Shown: positions 33,097-43,984, counted from the stretch's first letter. The stretch: DNA of 64,000 bases from Bacteroidales bacterium (GCA_017559955.1 JAFYPQ010000012.1:10443-74442); one strand, 5' to 3'. Notes: generated by a model not told the origin, from the sequence alone. Made by a program: numbers and translations.

Positions 33097-36079
33097 ATTG
33101 TGTCAATCTCTCTTTTATCATTGTTTGTATATCATTATCATCGGTGTAGTTGTTCTTTAAGCTGTTTAGATACTGTTTAGCCTTAAAATTATCTCCTTGC
33201 TTTGCCGAAATATCTGATAATAAAATTATACCTCGTGCTATCCAATATCTTTCATTGCTACTGCTCGATAGAAGAGAATTTACACAATTCTCTGCCTCTG
33301 TAAGCATATTCTTATTGTATAGTATCTCTGCAATCATATATTTTGCTTCGGTCGAGAAAGCCGAATGTTGAGTTGTAGATAACACCTCCCAATCTTTTGT
33401 TGCACTATCGCTGTCGCCTATAGCATTATATGCTTTAGCTCTATAATACATTATTTCGTCAACGTATGGAATATCGGAATTTTCAGATAATATCTCTGTC
33501 GCTACTTTTATTACTTCATTATTTTTACCATCCAAACTCAAAACTCTGACAACTGAAGATTTTGCCTCTTTCCCAAGAGAGGTTGTAGAGTATTCTTGAG
33601 CAAGAGTATTGTAATATTGGTATGCTTTCTCATAATTTCTCTCCATCTCTTCAATCGAAGCCAATGAGAGTAATGTCTCTTCAAGCAATATAACATTTTT
33701 ACTTACCAATACGTTTTCGAAATATTGCGAGGCTTCATTTAAATTGCCTTGGTTATAAGAATATTGACCGATATAGAACGATGCATTTGCTTTAAATGTT
33801 CCATTAGGGTATTTATTAATATAGTTTTTTAGTTGCTCTACACTTTTAGTACCTGGCGACTTAAGAAAGGCACTCTCTGCAGCATAATAGCTAAGAGAGT
33901 CCATTTGAGCATTACTATATACCTCTTCTCCTTTTATCTGCTTAATGTATTCGGCATATGGTTCTATATCTCCTTGCTGTATATGGTAGTTCTTTAAATC
34001 TTCCATCGCTATTTTTGCTTCGTTACTGCCCGAATACTCTTCAATAAGAGTCTTATATGCCGATACAGCTTTGTCGTTTTCATTCTCTTTCATATATATC
34101 AAAGCCGATTGCAACAAGGCCTGACGGGCTTCGTTGCTTTTGGGATACATATCATAGACCTTTGCAAATGATGAAAGAGCATTGTCATTTTGATTTAAAG
34201 CAATTTGTGCATTTCCCTTTTCAACTATTGCCTTAGGAGCATATGCCGAAGAGGGATATAACATAACAAGGCTGTTCATTGCCTCAATTTTGTCAGAATG
34301 TTGTTTTAATACTCCATATATGATGCCCTGCATATATAACGAATAGTCAGCCGAAAGGTTATATGTTTTTTCGGCCTCACCATATGCCTTTATTGCATTT
34401 GAATAGTTTTTTGTCATATAAAGGCAATCTCCCTTTCTGTTATAAGCATCGGCTTTTGTTGCTTTATCTTTACTGTTAACAATGTATTTACTGAATTGCT
34501 TCTCTGCATCACCATATTGTTCCTGCATAAACAGAGTATAAGCAAGGGAATAATAAGCATTTACATCGGGCTGTTTTAGCAACGAGATATGCTTCATAAA
34601 ATCGTTTCTTGCCTGAGAGTAATCCTTAAACATATAGTTAATTTCTCCTCTCCATAAGTAAGCCTTGGCCTTTATATCAGTACTATAATCTCCTACAACT
34701 ATACTTTGGTTGAAATACTCTTTTGCTTTAGAATACTCTTTTTTCTCAAACTCCTCAGTTCCCAAGTTATATAGTATTACCTGCTTGGCTTTAAGCAACT
34801 CCTTACTTGGTTTGTTTACTTTATTTACCGAAGTCAGTGCCGCTTTGTAGTTTTTTGTATTATAATAACTTGCTGCCAACATCTGATTTATTGCCCCTGC
34901 ATTTATACTCTCAGGAAACAGATTTATATAGTTCTCGTAAATCTCGACCTTTTTATCAAACGGAAGTATATTGCTCTCCTCTATCAAAGCACAATAGTTA
35001 AACATTGCACTCTCTTTTGCCTGCATATCATTATCTTCAGCCATAGCCTTCTCGTATGCAAACATTGCTCCGTTTTTATCGCCTGTTTGCAGATATGAAT
35101 GTCCTAAATATAGATATGCACTTTGTGAAAATTCGTTACTTTCGTTTGTGAGCATAACCAATGTTTTTATAGCATCGGCATACTCTTTTTTGTTATAATA
35201 CGAAACTCCTAAAAGGTAAATACTGCGATTATCATTTCCATCTGTTTGTATATATTCTTGAAGGTATTTTATAGCATTATCAGTATAACCTTCTGCAAAT
35301 GCACTCTCTCCACAAATCTTTTTTAGTATCGGAGTATAGGCTTCGGAACAATTATTACCGTTCAATAGCTCTTCTCCTAAAGTTAGGGCTGATGAATAAC
35401 GTTTGTTTACAAAGTGTATATTTGTCAGATAATATTTAGCACTCGCACCATATTTTTCATCGTCTCGACACTCTATAAAACCCTCCTCTGCCTGACTGAA
35501 ATCTTCCTGTGCATAATTGGCACATGCCATATAAAATATGGCCGGTATGCGATTTGATGTTCGTTTTGTAGCAATCTCTCTTAACTCCTCCTCGGCCTTT
35601 GCATACTCTTGCTTGTTGAAAAACAAAATACTTTTGTTAATTACATACTCCTCTTGATCCTCAGCAGATAGGCGACTACTATTAATTTTAGCATAACATT
35701 TCTCTGCCTCATCAAAGTTCCCCTCCGAAACATATATGTTTCCTAACATCAATTCTGCTTTTTGAGAGTATAGAGCATCGTGGTTTTTTCTTTTATATTC
35801 AATGATTTTACTCTTAACATCCTTTCCTCCCGAGCGATAGGCACTCTCTATTTCAAGAAACTCTGCTTCTGCAACCGATGTATGATATATACTGCTATAC
35901 TCTTTGCAAAGAGCATTGTTAAGCTTATGATTTACTCCCAAATTATTTCCGCTATTATACATATTAATCAGAGAATTTGGTGTAGTGAATGTAATTACAT
36001 TCTCCTGAGCATTAATGCTTGAAGAGAGTGCTACTATACATAAAAATAGTAGTGAAGGTTTTATCTTTAAGTATCTCAT
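33086..36079 (-). CDS. Tetratricopeptide repeat protein (997 aa, secreted)
   Basis: Signal peptide (SSSINAQE). Many 34-aa TPR-like units with the recurring A..Y...A pattern, for example YYNKKEYADAIKTL and YMTKNYSNAIKAY. Confidence 0.8.
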   Translation of the reverse strand: MRYLKIKPSLLFLCIVALSSSINAQENVITFTTPNSLINMYNSGNNLGVNHKLNNALCKEYSSIYHTSVAEAEFLEIESAYRSGGKDVKSKIIEYKRKNHDALYSQKAELMLGNIYVSEGNFDEAEKCYAKINSSRLSAEDQEEYVINKSILFFNKQEYAKAEEELREIATKRTSNRIPAIFYMACANYAQEDFSQAEEGFIECRDDEKYGASAKYYLTNIHFVNKRYSSALTLGEELLNGNNCSEAYTPILKKICGESAFAEGYTDNAIKYLQEYIQTDGNDNRSIYLLGVSYYNKKEYADAIKTLVMLTNESNEFSQSAYLYLGHSYLQTGDKNGAMFAYEKAMAEDNDMQAKESAMFNYCALIEESNILPFDKKVEIYENYINLFPESINAGAINQMLAASYYNTKNYKAALTSVNKVNKPSKELLKAKQVILYNLGTEEFEKKEYSKAKEYFNQSIVVGDYSTDIKAKAYLWRGEINYMFKDYSQARNDFMKHISLLKQPDVNAYYSLAYTLFMQEQYGDAEKQFSKYIVNSKDKATKADAYNRKGDCLYMTKNYSNAIKAYGEAEKTYNLSADYSLYMQGIIYGVLKQHSDKIEAMNSLVMLYPSSAYAPKAIVEKGNAQIALNQNDNALSSFAKVYDMYPKSNEARQALLQSALIYMKENENDKAVSAYKTLIEEYSGSNEAKIAMEDLKNYHIQQGDIEPYAEYIKQIKGEEVYSNAQMDSLSYYAAESAFLKSPGTKSVEQLKNYINKYPNGTFKANASFYIGQYSYNQGNLNEASQYFENVLVSKNVILLEETLLSLASIEEMERNYEKAYQYYNTLAQEYSTTSLGKEAKSSVVRVLSLDGKNNEVIKVATEILSENSDIPYVDEIMYYRAKAYNAIGDSDSATKDWEVLSTTQHSAFSTEAKYMIAEILYNKNMLTEAENCVNSLLSSSSNERYWIARGIILLSDISAKQGDNFKAKQYLNSLKNNYTDDNDIQTMIKERLTQYEN

Positions 36080-36102
36080 TTTATTCTACTCATGCTATAC
36101 CA

Positions 36103-36110
36103 CAAAGGTA
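36103..36110 (-). promoter_or_regulatory. -7 promoter box (TACCTTTG on minus strand) for the TPR/beta-barrel operon
   Basis: Exact TAnnTTTG match 24 nt upstream of the ATG at 36079. Confidence 0.5.
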
Positions 36111-36327
36111 ACAAATATTTGACATATAAAATTAATATAAAACGACTTTTGTATTAATATAACATCTTTTACAAATTTGAGATTATTTTTTTACTAAAAG
36201 GTTTAATTTCCTATCTTATATCTCTCTTATCTAACGAGTTTTTGTTATTAAAGAGATACTGAAATATTGGAGCTATATCTATGACCCTGCCCTACCCTGT
36301 AGCCTCTCTGCTGGTGCAATAAGAGAG

Positions 36328-36376
36328 TAAAGAATAGGGAGTAAAGACAAATAACACCTTTACTCCCTATTCTTTA
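36328..36376. other. Perfect 19-bp inverted repeat (hairpin with 11-nt loop) downstream of the U32 peptidase gene
   Basis: taaagaatagggagtaaag (36328-36346) is the exact reverse complement of ctttactccctattcttta (36358-36376). No T-run follows on either strand. Confidence 0.7.
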
Positions 36377-36395
36377 ACAATTAAACGATTGATTG

Positions 36396-37649
36396 CTAAC
36401 AACTTTTAGTAATTGGTACAATTTTAAAGAGTTTGTCCGATGGGCGTATTTTAACACCTATCGCTATTGAGAAGAGGTCGCCTTTTACAACCTTAGTTAC
36501 AGGTTTGAAGTTAACTCGCATATCTTTAGCCTCTATTGTTATGGCTCCTGTTGTGGGGCCTGTTATCAATAGTTTATCGCCCTCATTAAACTCTCCGCTC
36601 TCCATTAAGAATTCGGCAACTCCTATGTTTGAAAAGTATTTCGTACCTTTTCCTATATACTCTTTACGTTCGGTTGCCTCAGAGCCATAACTTGACGACC
36701 ACTCTCCCAAACGTTGTCCCAAGTAATATCCGTTCCAGAAACCACGGTTGAATACTGTTGCCAATCGGGTATCCCAATCAGCAATTTTCTCTTCTGAGAA
36801 TGTTCCTTCAAGATATGCCTCAACGGCTTCTCGGTAACACTCTATAACGGTGCGTACATACTCTGCACTGCGTGCACGTCCTTCAATCTTAAACACTCTC
36901 ACTCCCGAATCAATCATTTTATTCATAAAGTGAATAGTCTTAAGATCTTTAGGAGACATTATATATTGGTTTTCGATATCTAACTCAATATCGGTTTCTT
37001 TGTCTTTAACCGTATATCCTCGGCGACATATTTGCAAGCACGAACCTCTATTTGCGGAGTGATTCATTTCGTGTAAGCTCAAGTAGCATTTACCCGATAC
37101 TGCCATACATAATGCTCCGTGAGCAAACATCTCTATACGAACTTGCTCTCCTTTGGGACCTGTGATATTCTCCTCTTGTATTCTTTTGTATATGCCCGAT
37201 ACTTGATCAAGATTTAACTCTCGAGCCAACACCACAACATCAGCAAATTGTGCATAGAATTTCAATGCTTCGGCATTTGAGATGTTCAATTGTGTTGATA
37301 GGTGTACCTCAACTCCTATCGAGTTGGCATAACTCATTGCTGCCACATCTGAGGCTATAATTGCACTAACACCCGACTCTTTTACTGTGTCGATGATTTT
37401 TCGCATTAACTCAAGGTCGCCATCGTATATCACGGTATTTACGGTAAGATACGTTTTTATGCTATTTTGGTTACAGATTTCAGCTATATTGCGAAGGTCG
37501 TCAAGTGTAAAGTTGTTCGACGAACGTGAACGCATATTTAACCCTTCCACTCCAAAATATACCGAGTCGGCTCCTCCTTGTATCGCAGCTGTAAGCGACT
37601 CGTATGAGCCTACGGGAGCCATTATTTCAAAATCTTTGCGTTGTAACAT
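36396..37649 (-). CDS. Peptidase U32 family protein
   Basis: U32 signature EMFAHGALCMAVSGKCYLS; 417 aa. Confidence 0.9.
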   Translation of the reverse strand: MLQRKDFEIMAPVGSYESLTAAIQGGADSVYFGVEGLNMRSRSSNNFTLDDLRNIAEICNQNSIKTYLTVNTVIYDGDLELMRKIIDTVKESGVSAIIASDVAAMSYANSIGVEVHLSTQLNISNAEALKFYAQFADVVVLARELNLDQVSGIYKRIQEENITGPKGEQVRIEMFAHGALCMAVSGKCYLSLHEMNHSANRGSCLQICRRGYTVKDKETDIELDIENQYIMSPKDLKTIHFMNKMIDSGVRVFKIEGRARSAEYVRTVIECYREAVEAYLEGTFSEEKIADWDTRLATVFNRGFWNGYYLGQRLGEWSSSYGSEATERKEYIGKGTKYFSNIGVAEFLMESGEFNEGDKLLITGPTTGAITIEAKDMRVNFKPVTKVVKGDLFSIAIGVKIRPSDKLFKIVPITKSC

Positions 37650-37653
37650 TGTA

Positions 37654-40263
37654 TTATCGTCCTAATAGAATTTTTTTAATTTCGTTTAATTTGTTAAGAG
37701 CCTCTACTGGTGTGAGATTATTAATATCCAATCCCAATATTTGGCTACGAATATCAGAAAGGACAGGATCGTCTAATTGGTATAACGATAGTTGCATTCC
37801 TCCTGCTTTGGCTGCCGATGGTATTGGTTTTGAAACATTTCTGTTTTCACTTCCCTTCTCTAACTCCTTTAATATCTCGTCGGCTCGAGATACTATATTT
37901 CTTGGCATTCCCGCCATTTTTGCCACGTGAATACCAAAACTATGTTCGCTTCCGCCACGTGCCAATTTGCGTAAGAAAACAACCTTGTTATCAACCTCTT
38001 TTACTGATACATTGTAATTGACTATTCGAGAGAACTCTTTTTCCATCTCATTCAACTCGTGATAGTGGGTCGCAAAGAGGGTTTTAGCCTTAGCCCTTTC
38101 GTTCTCATGTATATATTCAACTATTGCCCAAGCAATTGAGATACCATCATAAGTACTTGTTCCTCGTCCCAACTCGTCGAACAAGACAAGGCTTCTCTCC
38201 GAGATATTATTCAGTATATATGCCGCTTCATTCATCTCAACCATAAAGGTCGATTCGCCAAGCGAAATATTATCCGAAGCTCCAACACGGGTAAATACCT
38301 TATCAACTATTCCTATGCGAGCTGATTGTGCAGGAACAAAACATCCTATCTGTGCCATTATGGTTATAAGGGCTGTTTGTCTTAAAAGAGCCGATTTACC
38401 TGCCATATTAGGTCCGGTAATTATCATTATCTGCTCTTTTTCATTATCGAGCTGTAATGTATTAGTTATATATTCCTCGCCCGGAGGAAGTTGTTTTTCT
38501 ATTACAGGATGTCGTCCCTCTTCAATATATAACGACAAAGAATCATCAAGTACAGGGCGTATATATTTATTATCTTTTGCTACGGTGGCAAACGATATTA
38601 AGCAGTCCATTTGAGCCAACATTGTGGCATTGCGTTGCATTTCGCTTATATGCAGAGTGGTTGCCTGTACCAATTCCGAAAACAGACGACTCTCTATTGC
38701 CAATATTTTCTCTTCAGCACCCAAGATTTTCTCCTCATACTCTTTCAGTTCCTGAGTTATGTAGCGTTCGGCATTTGTAAGAGTTTGCTTACGTATCCAC
38801 TCTTCGGGAACTTTATCTTTATGAGTATTGCGTACCTCAATGTAATAACCGAATACATTATTGTAGCTTATCTTAAGCGAAGGGATGCCTGTTTGCTCGC
38901 TTTCTCGTTGTTGTATATGAATCAGGTACTCTTTACCCGAACCCGACATACGACGAAGCTCATCCAATTCTTCGTTTACACCTTCACGTATTATACCTCC
39001 CTTGTTTATTAGAGACGGAGCATCTGCAGAAATTTCTCGTTCGATGCGATTGCGTATCTCCTCACACAGATTTAGTTCATTAGCAAAGAGTTTTAGCACT
39101 TCGTTTTGGCTGTTTGCACATATCTCTTTTATCGGTTCAATAGCCGATAGAGCTACTCTCAATTGCACCATTTCACGAGGTGTTACACGACCTACTGCCA
39201 CCTTCGATGTAAGACGTTCAAGGTCGCCTATAAGCGACATTTTCTCTTCGAGTGAGGCTTTATCTTCCGGGAAACGGAACAGATGATCCACTACGTCCAA
39301 TCGATGGTTTATTGCTGTTACATCTTTAAGAGGGAATGTGAGCCATCGACGCATCATTCTGCTACCCATAGGAGTAAGAGTTCTATCGATTACATCCAAA
39401 AGCGATTTTCCTCCCTCGTTCATAGGAGCAAGAAGTTCAAGACTGCGAAGGGTAAATTTGTCCAACCTTACATATCGCTCCTCCTCTACCCTCGATAATG
39501 TTGTTATATGAGATATTTGTGTGTGTTGAGTAATATCTAAATAGTGAATTATTGCTCCGGATGCTACAACTCCCAATTTCAGATGATCGACTCCAAAACC
39601 TTTTAGATTTTTAGTCTCAAAATGTTTTAACAGACGTTCTCTTGCGGCATCGTTTGTAAATATCCAATCGTCCAATTCGAATATCAGAAATTTAGATCCG
39701 AATTTAGAAGTAAACATATCTCGTTTACCTCGCTCCACTAATATCTCTTTCGGTGCAAAACTATTCAATAGTTTATCTACATGGTCAAACCCTCCCTCCG
39801 AAGTAAGGAATTCGCCTGTCGATATATCGAGCAATGCCACTCCGCACGAATGGCGTTCGAAATGTAGAGCAGCAACAAAATTGTTCTCTTTGTGATTTAG
39901 TACATTGTCGTTTATCGATACTCCCGGAGTTACCAACTCGGTAATGCCTCGTTTAACAAGTTTTTTTGTCAGCTTAGGATCTTCAAGCTGCTCGCAAATG
40001 GCAACACGTTTTCCTGCTCTGACAAGTTTTGGCAGATAAGCATCTAATGCGTGATGCGGAAATCCTGCCAACTCAACAAATTGAGCCGCTCCGTTTGCTC
40101 GTCGAGTCAGCGTTATACCTAATATCTCCGACGCCTCTATTGCATCCGACGAGAATGTTTCATAAAAGTCGCCCACCCTGAAAAGAAGTATTGCATCGGG
40201 ATGTTTACCTTTCATCTCGATATACTGTTTCATCAGTGGAGTTTCCGCTATCTTGCCTGCCAT
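37654..40263 (-). CDS. mutS: DNA mismatch repair protein MutS
   Basis: GDFYETF mismatch-binding motif, GPNMAGKS Walker A and a C-terminal dimerisation region. Confidence 0.97.
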   Translation of the reverse strand: MAGKIAETPLMKQYIEMKGKHPDAILLFRVGDFYETFSSDAIEASEILGITLTRRANGAAQFVELAGFPHHALDAYLPKLVRAGKRVAICEQLEDPKLTKKLVKRGITELVTPGVSINDNVLNHKENNFVAALHFERHSCGVALLDISTGEFLTSEGGFDHVDKLLNSFAPKEILVERGKRDMFTSKFGSKFLIFELDDWIFTNDAARERLLKHFETKNLKGFGVDHLKLGVVASGAIIHYLDITQHTQISHITTLSRVEEERYVRLDKFTLRSLELLAPMNEGGKSLLDVIDRTLTPMGSRMMRRWLTFPLKDVTAINHRLDVVDHLFRFPEDKASLEEKMSLIGDLERLTSKVAVGRVTPREMVQLRVALSAIEPIKEICANSQNEVLKLFANELNLCEEIRNRIEREISADAPSLINKGGIIREGVNEELDELRRMSGSGKEYLIHIQQRESEQTGIPSLKISYNNVFGYYIEVRNTHKDKVPEEWIRKQTLTNAERYITQELKEYEEKILGAEEKILAIESRLFSELVQATTLHISEMQRNATMLAQMDCLISFATVAKDNKYIRPVLDDSLSLYIEEGRHPVIEKQLPPGEEYITNTLQLDNEKEQIMIITGPNMAGKSALLRQTALITIMAQIGCFVPAQSARIGIVDKVFTRVGASDNISLGESTFMVEMNEAAYILNNISERSLVLFDELGRGTSTYDGISIAWAIVEYIHENERAKAKTLFATHYHELNEMEKEFSRIVNYNVSVKEVDNKVVFLRKLARGGSEHSFGIHVAKMAGMPRNIVSRADEILKELEKGSENRNVSKPIPSAAKAGGMQLSLYQLDDPVLSDIRSQILGLDINNLTPVEALNKLNEIKKILLGR

Positions 40264-40332
40264 TATTTTCGGATATTTGCTTGATGCGAAATTAATAAAA
40301 ATATACCTCTTTTACAAACAGATTTTTTGATA

Positions 40333-40340
40333 TACATTTG
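40333..40340 (+). promoter_or_regulatory. -7 promoter box (TACATTTG) for the 40367 gene
   Basis: Exact TAnnTTTG match 27 nt upstream of the GTG start at 40367. Confidence 0.5.
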
Positions 40341-40366
40341 CAAGAGAAACATTAAAATTCAAAACG

Positions 40367-41200
40367 GTGAAGAAAAGAGAGATTACTATTACTCCATACG
40401 GAGGTTTGGCTAACAGAATGAGGGCTTTGAATGCCGTAATTGAACTCGCAAGGGTTTCATCGCTTCCCGTACATACGGTATGGTTCAGCAATTTTGAGTT
40501 AAATGCTCCTTTTGAAGCATTGTTTGAAATTCCGCAATATGAAAATTTATCAATTACAGAGGCCGATTTTTTTGACAGGTTTCTCTATCGTTCGCCTCGT
40601 AAGCATACCCTTTGGCTTCCCTACTTAACGGCTCCGTTTATGTTCGACACTAAAATATACTCTACCGACTTTATTCGTCTTCGGGACAAAGGCATTATTG
40701 CCGATACCATTTTAAATGGAGGCAGAGTACTGATAGAGAGTTGTTACGATTTTGGAAGTTATGCATCATCTCTATCTAAAAATTTTATTCCCCAAAAAGA
40801 TATTCTATCTCAAGTGGATGAGTTCGTGAATAATAACTTTTCTGAAAATTGTATAGGAATTCATATTCGACGAACTGATAACTCCCTGTCGATAAAAAAT
40901 TCTCCTCTGTCGATGTTTATTGATGCCATGCATAGAGAGATTGAGACATGTGCCGATACTAAATTTTATGTTGCCACCGATGATGCAGCAACAAAAAATA
41001 AGTTAAAAAGAGATTTCGGAGATAGAATTTTATATATAGACACCGACTGTAATCGTAACAGCTTGCAAGGTATGAAAGAGGCTGTTAAGGAGATGTGGAT
41101 TTTATCTCGTACAAAAAAAATCTATGGAAGTTTTTATAGTTCATATTCCGAAATTGCTTCGCAACTTGGGAATATTCCCCTTAATATTTTGCAAATATAA
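40367..41200 (+). CDS. Putative glycosyltransferase of the fucosyltransferase superfamily (HxRRxD motif)
   Basis: N-terminal YGGLANRM (compare the GGLGNQM motif of GT11) and IGIHIRRTDN (HxRRxD motif of alpha-1,2 / alpha-1,6 / O-fucosyltransferases). The start codon is GTG. Confidence 0.45.
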   Translation: MKKREITITPYGGLANRMRALNAVIELARVSSLPVHTVWFSNFELNAPFEALFEIPQYENLSITEADFFDRFLYRSPRKHTLWLPYLTAPFMFDTKIYSTDFIRLRDKGIIADTILNGGRVLIESCYDFGSYASSLSKNFIPQKDILSQVDEFVNNNFSENCIGIHIRRTDNSLSIKNSPLSMFIDAMHREIETCADTKFYVATDDAATKNKLKRDFGDRILYIDTDCNRNSLQGMKEAVKEMWILSRTKKIYGSFYSSYSEIASQLGNIPLNILQI

Positions 41201-41241
41201 CATTTCGCCTATTGAAAGATTTCAATATTGGCTGCTAACAA

Positions 41242-41772
41242 CTAAAAACTATCAACCATCAACTTAATATCGGTTATTGCTTCACGAATTGAGCGTAAAC
41301 CAAAATCGTCTGGCGATAAATCCTTAATGGGGATAAAAAATGTCTCTGCAACATCATCTTCTGCCACTAAATTCTCTGTTGTATCAACTTTGCAGATAAA
41401 GAACAGATCCATTGTATTCACTATCATCCCCGAGAAGGGATATATATTGGGCTTTGAAAATAGAAACGAGACCTCTGTTACATCCAATCCTGTCTCCTCT
41501 TTTACTTCACGTATTACGCCTTGTTCGGCAGTTTCACCTATATCTGTAAATCCGCCCGGCAAATCGAGAGTACCTTTCGCAGGCTCTTTTGCTCTACGAC
41601 AAACCAATATCTCTGAGTTTGAATTTATGATTACCGCAACAGTCGCAGCTTTGGGATTATCGTAATATGTAAATCCACAATCCTCGCATCTCTTCGAATA
41701 TACTCCGTTTTCGACAAATTGTGCCGAACCGCAAGCAGGACAATATCTGAATTTCTCTAACGGATGTGCCAT
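41242..41772 (-). CDS. NUDIX hydrolase with N-terminal zinc-ribbon
   Basis: CPACG...CEDCG zinc ribbon and the Nudix box GGFTDIGETAEQGVIREVKEETG. Confidence 0.9.
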   Translation of the reverse strand: MAHPLEKFRYCPACGSAQFVENGVYSKRCEDCGFTYYDNPKAATVAVIINSNSEILVCRRAKEPAKGTLDLPGGFTDIGETAEQGVIREVKEETGLDVTEVSFLFSKPNIYPFSGMIVNTMDLFFICKVDTTENLVAEDDVAETFFIPIKDLSPDDFGLRSIREAITDIKLMVDSF

Positions 41773-41777
41773 TTCAC

Positions 41778-43430
41778 TTATTTTTTTGGAGAGAGTATCT
41801 GTTTATATTGAATAGAGTCTTTTAGTATATCAACAGCTTGTTCGATACATTTATCCTGCTCGACTCCTCTGCTCATTACTCCTTTTTTATAGTAGTAACG
41901 TTCAACTATATCCATTTCAAGACGAGACTTTATATCCTCTTTAAATTTATCCAAATCTTTATCAAGATTATGTTCCAATTGCTTTTCAAGTGTAGCAATT
42001 GTCTCGCCTGCAACATCGATATAACCCTCAAATTTTGCAACCTCTTTCAAATTTTCCAATAACTTTAAGCTTTCACGGTCGTATGTAAAATTCTTTGTTT
42101 TTAGTTGCTCCTTAAATTGGTTATACTCCTCGTCGGTTAAGACAAACTCGTTAGCCGAGGCAATTGTGGGATGTGTAGCTACATATTGAGTCGCAAAATC
42201 GAATATATGGTAATCTATTGTAAGATAATATAGGATATTGCTTTGCTCGGGATATTTGTACTCTACATCAGGAGTTATACCTCCACCATCACGAACTATA
42301 CGCCCTGCAGCTGTTTTAAACTCGGTTGTTAGAGAATCGGGGATCCGAGTTGTTTTACCATCTTTGTCTCGATGCGAATAGTCGATTGCCTGTATAAGTC
42401 TGCCACTGGGAATATAGTATTTCGCAGTTGTTATTTTAAGAGTTCCTTCATAAGGCAACGGACGTGTGCTTTGAACCAACCCCTTGCCAAACGACCTGTT
42501 ACCAACTATTACAGCTCGGTCAAGATCTTGAAACGCTCCTGCTACAATTTCAGATGCTGAAGCACTCTCATCATCTATTAAAACGGCAAGAGGGATTTCC
42601 GTATCGATAGGCTTTTGTGATGTTTTATATATAGTCTCAAGTTCTTTAAGCCTTCCTCGTGTTTCCAATATCTTTTCGCCTTTTTGCACAAAAAGATTTA
42701 TTACCCCTATTGCTTCGTTAAGCAATCCGCCAGGATTTCCTCGCAAATCGATAATCAATGATTTTATATTGTAGTTTTTCTTTAAATCGAGCAATGCCTC
42801 CTTCACCTCGGCAGCGGTATTAGTATTAAAAGAGGATATATAAATATAGCCGACATCATCTCGTGTAACTCCGTAATATGAGACAGCCGGTATATAAATT
42901 TTTTTTCGTGTTACATTAAGAGTAATAATACTATCTGCCGATGGACGTTCTACCTTTATAACAGCAAGTGTATTCGCCTTGCCTCTTAGATGTTCGCTAA
43001 CATAGTCGTTGGTTTTTCCAACCATCGACTCTCCGTTTATCTCTAATATGCGGTCTCCCACCTTCATCCCATCTTTTTGAGCAGGATTTCCTTCATATAT
43101 ACTTGTAATTTGAATAAGAGAGTCTCGTTGCGATATTAATGCTCCCACACCGGCATACTCTCCTGTTGTCATAAACTTCAGGTCGTGCTCCTCCGATTTT
43201 GGAATATATGTAGTATATGGGTCGAGCGAATATAGCATACTGTTTATGCCTTTGGTTATTATCTTCTCGGCATCGATGGTATCGACATAAAAAAGCGATA
43301 ACTCCTTAAGAATGGCATTAAATATATTGTTGTTCTTTATAAGCTCGAAATTTTGTTTTTGAGCATTTGCACTAAACGATAATATCAAAGTTAGGGCTAT
43401 TATAGATATAAGTTTTAATGTATGTTTCAT
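41778..43430 (-). CDS. S41 family peptidase (C-terminal processing protease)
   Basis: PDZ region GDRILEINGESMVG, RGNPGGLL and SASASEIV catalytic-Ser region; signal peptide. Confidence 0.9.
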   Translation of the reverse strand: MKHTLKLISIIALTLILSFSANAQKQNFELIKNNNIFNAILKELSLFYVDTIDAEKIITKGINSMLYSLDPYTTYIPKSEEHDLKFMTTGEYAGVGALISQRDSLIQITSIYEGNPAQKDGMKVGDRILEINGESMVGKTNDYVSEHLRGKANTLAVIKVERPSADSIITLNVTRKKIYIPAVSYYGVTRDDVGYIYISSFNTNTAAEVKEALLDLKKNYNIKSLIIDLRGNPGGLLNEAIGVINLFVQKGEKILETRGRLKELETIYKTSQKPIDTEIPLAVLIDDESASASEIVAGAFQDLDRAVIVGNRSFGKGLVQSTRPLPYEGTLKITTAKYYIPSGRLIQAIDYSHRDKDGKTTRIPDSLTTEFKTAAGRIVRDGGGITPDVEYKYPEQSNILYYLTIDYHIFDFATQYVATHPTIASANEFVLTDEEYNQFKEQLKTKNFTYDRESLKLLENLKEVAKFEGYIDVAGETIATLEKQLEHNLDKDLDKFKEDIKSRLEMDIVERYYYKKGVMSRGVEQDKCIEQAVDILKDSIQYKQILSPKK

Positions 43431-43577
43431 ATTGTATTACATTTATTGGTGCGAAGGTAGTTATCTTTTATCTTATCTGCAACTTAAAAACATCTAAGAA
43501 TGTTGTTATAATTACATTTTTTATCTCATTATTTTAAAAAAAATCTCTCATTAGTTGCATAATTCAAAAAATGACAT

Positions 43578-43585
43578 TACTTTTG
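43578..43585 (+). promoter_or_regulatory. -7 promoter box (TACTTTTG) for the tandem tRNA-Asn genes
   Basis: Exact TAnnTTTG match 34 nt upstream of the first tRNA-Asn. Confidence 0.6.
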
Positions 43586-43618
43586 CAATGCATTTCCAAG
43601 AGAGGAGTGCAAAAGTCT

Positions 43619-43692
43619 TCTTCAGTAGCTCAGTCGGTTAGAGCATCTGACTGTTAATCAGAGGGTCGTTGGTTCAAGTCCAACCTGAAGAG
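43619..43692 (+). tRNA. tRNA-Asn (anticodon GTT), copy 1
   Basis: Acceptor TCTTCAG/CTGAAGA, anticodon loop CTGTTAA and T-arm GTTGG-TTCAAGT-CCAAC. Confidence 0.95.
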
Positions 43693-43719
43693 CATTATTT
43701 TTTCATAACTACCTTAATT

Positions 43720-43793
43720 TCTTCAGTAGCTCAGTCGGTTAGAGCATCTGACTGTTAATCAGAGGGTCGTTGGTTCAAGTCCAACCTGAAGAG
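43720..43793 (+). tRNA. tRNA-Asn (anticodon GTT), copy 2 (identical tandem duplicate)
   Basis: Sequence identical to 43619-43692, separated by a 27-nt AT-rich spacer. Confidence 0.95.
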
Positions 43794-43798
43794 CAAGA

Positions 43799-43833
43799 GC
43801 GAGATACTTGTGAAAGTGTCTCGCTTTTGTTTT
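43799..43833 (+). terminator. Intrinsic terminator after the tRNA-Asn pair
   Basis: gcgagatact-tgtgaa-agtgtctcgc stem (one G-U pair) followed by ttttgtttt. Confidence 0.75.
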
Positions 43834-43984
43834 ATATAATTTCCAATTAATATCCTCTTTTATTATATTGCTATTCCCTATTATAATATTTCTTTGAAAA
43901 CTTTTTTGTGATTTATAAAGGGGCAGAGATTTAGGCAGGCAGATTTATCATTAGCCCGATGTGTGAACTGTATTTATTAAACAT

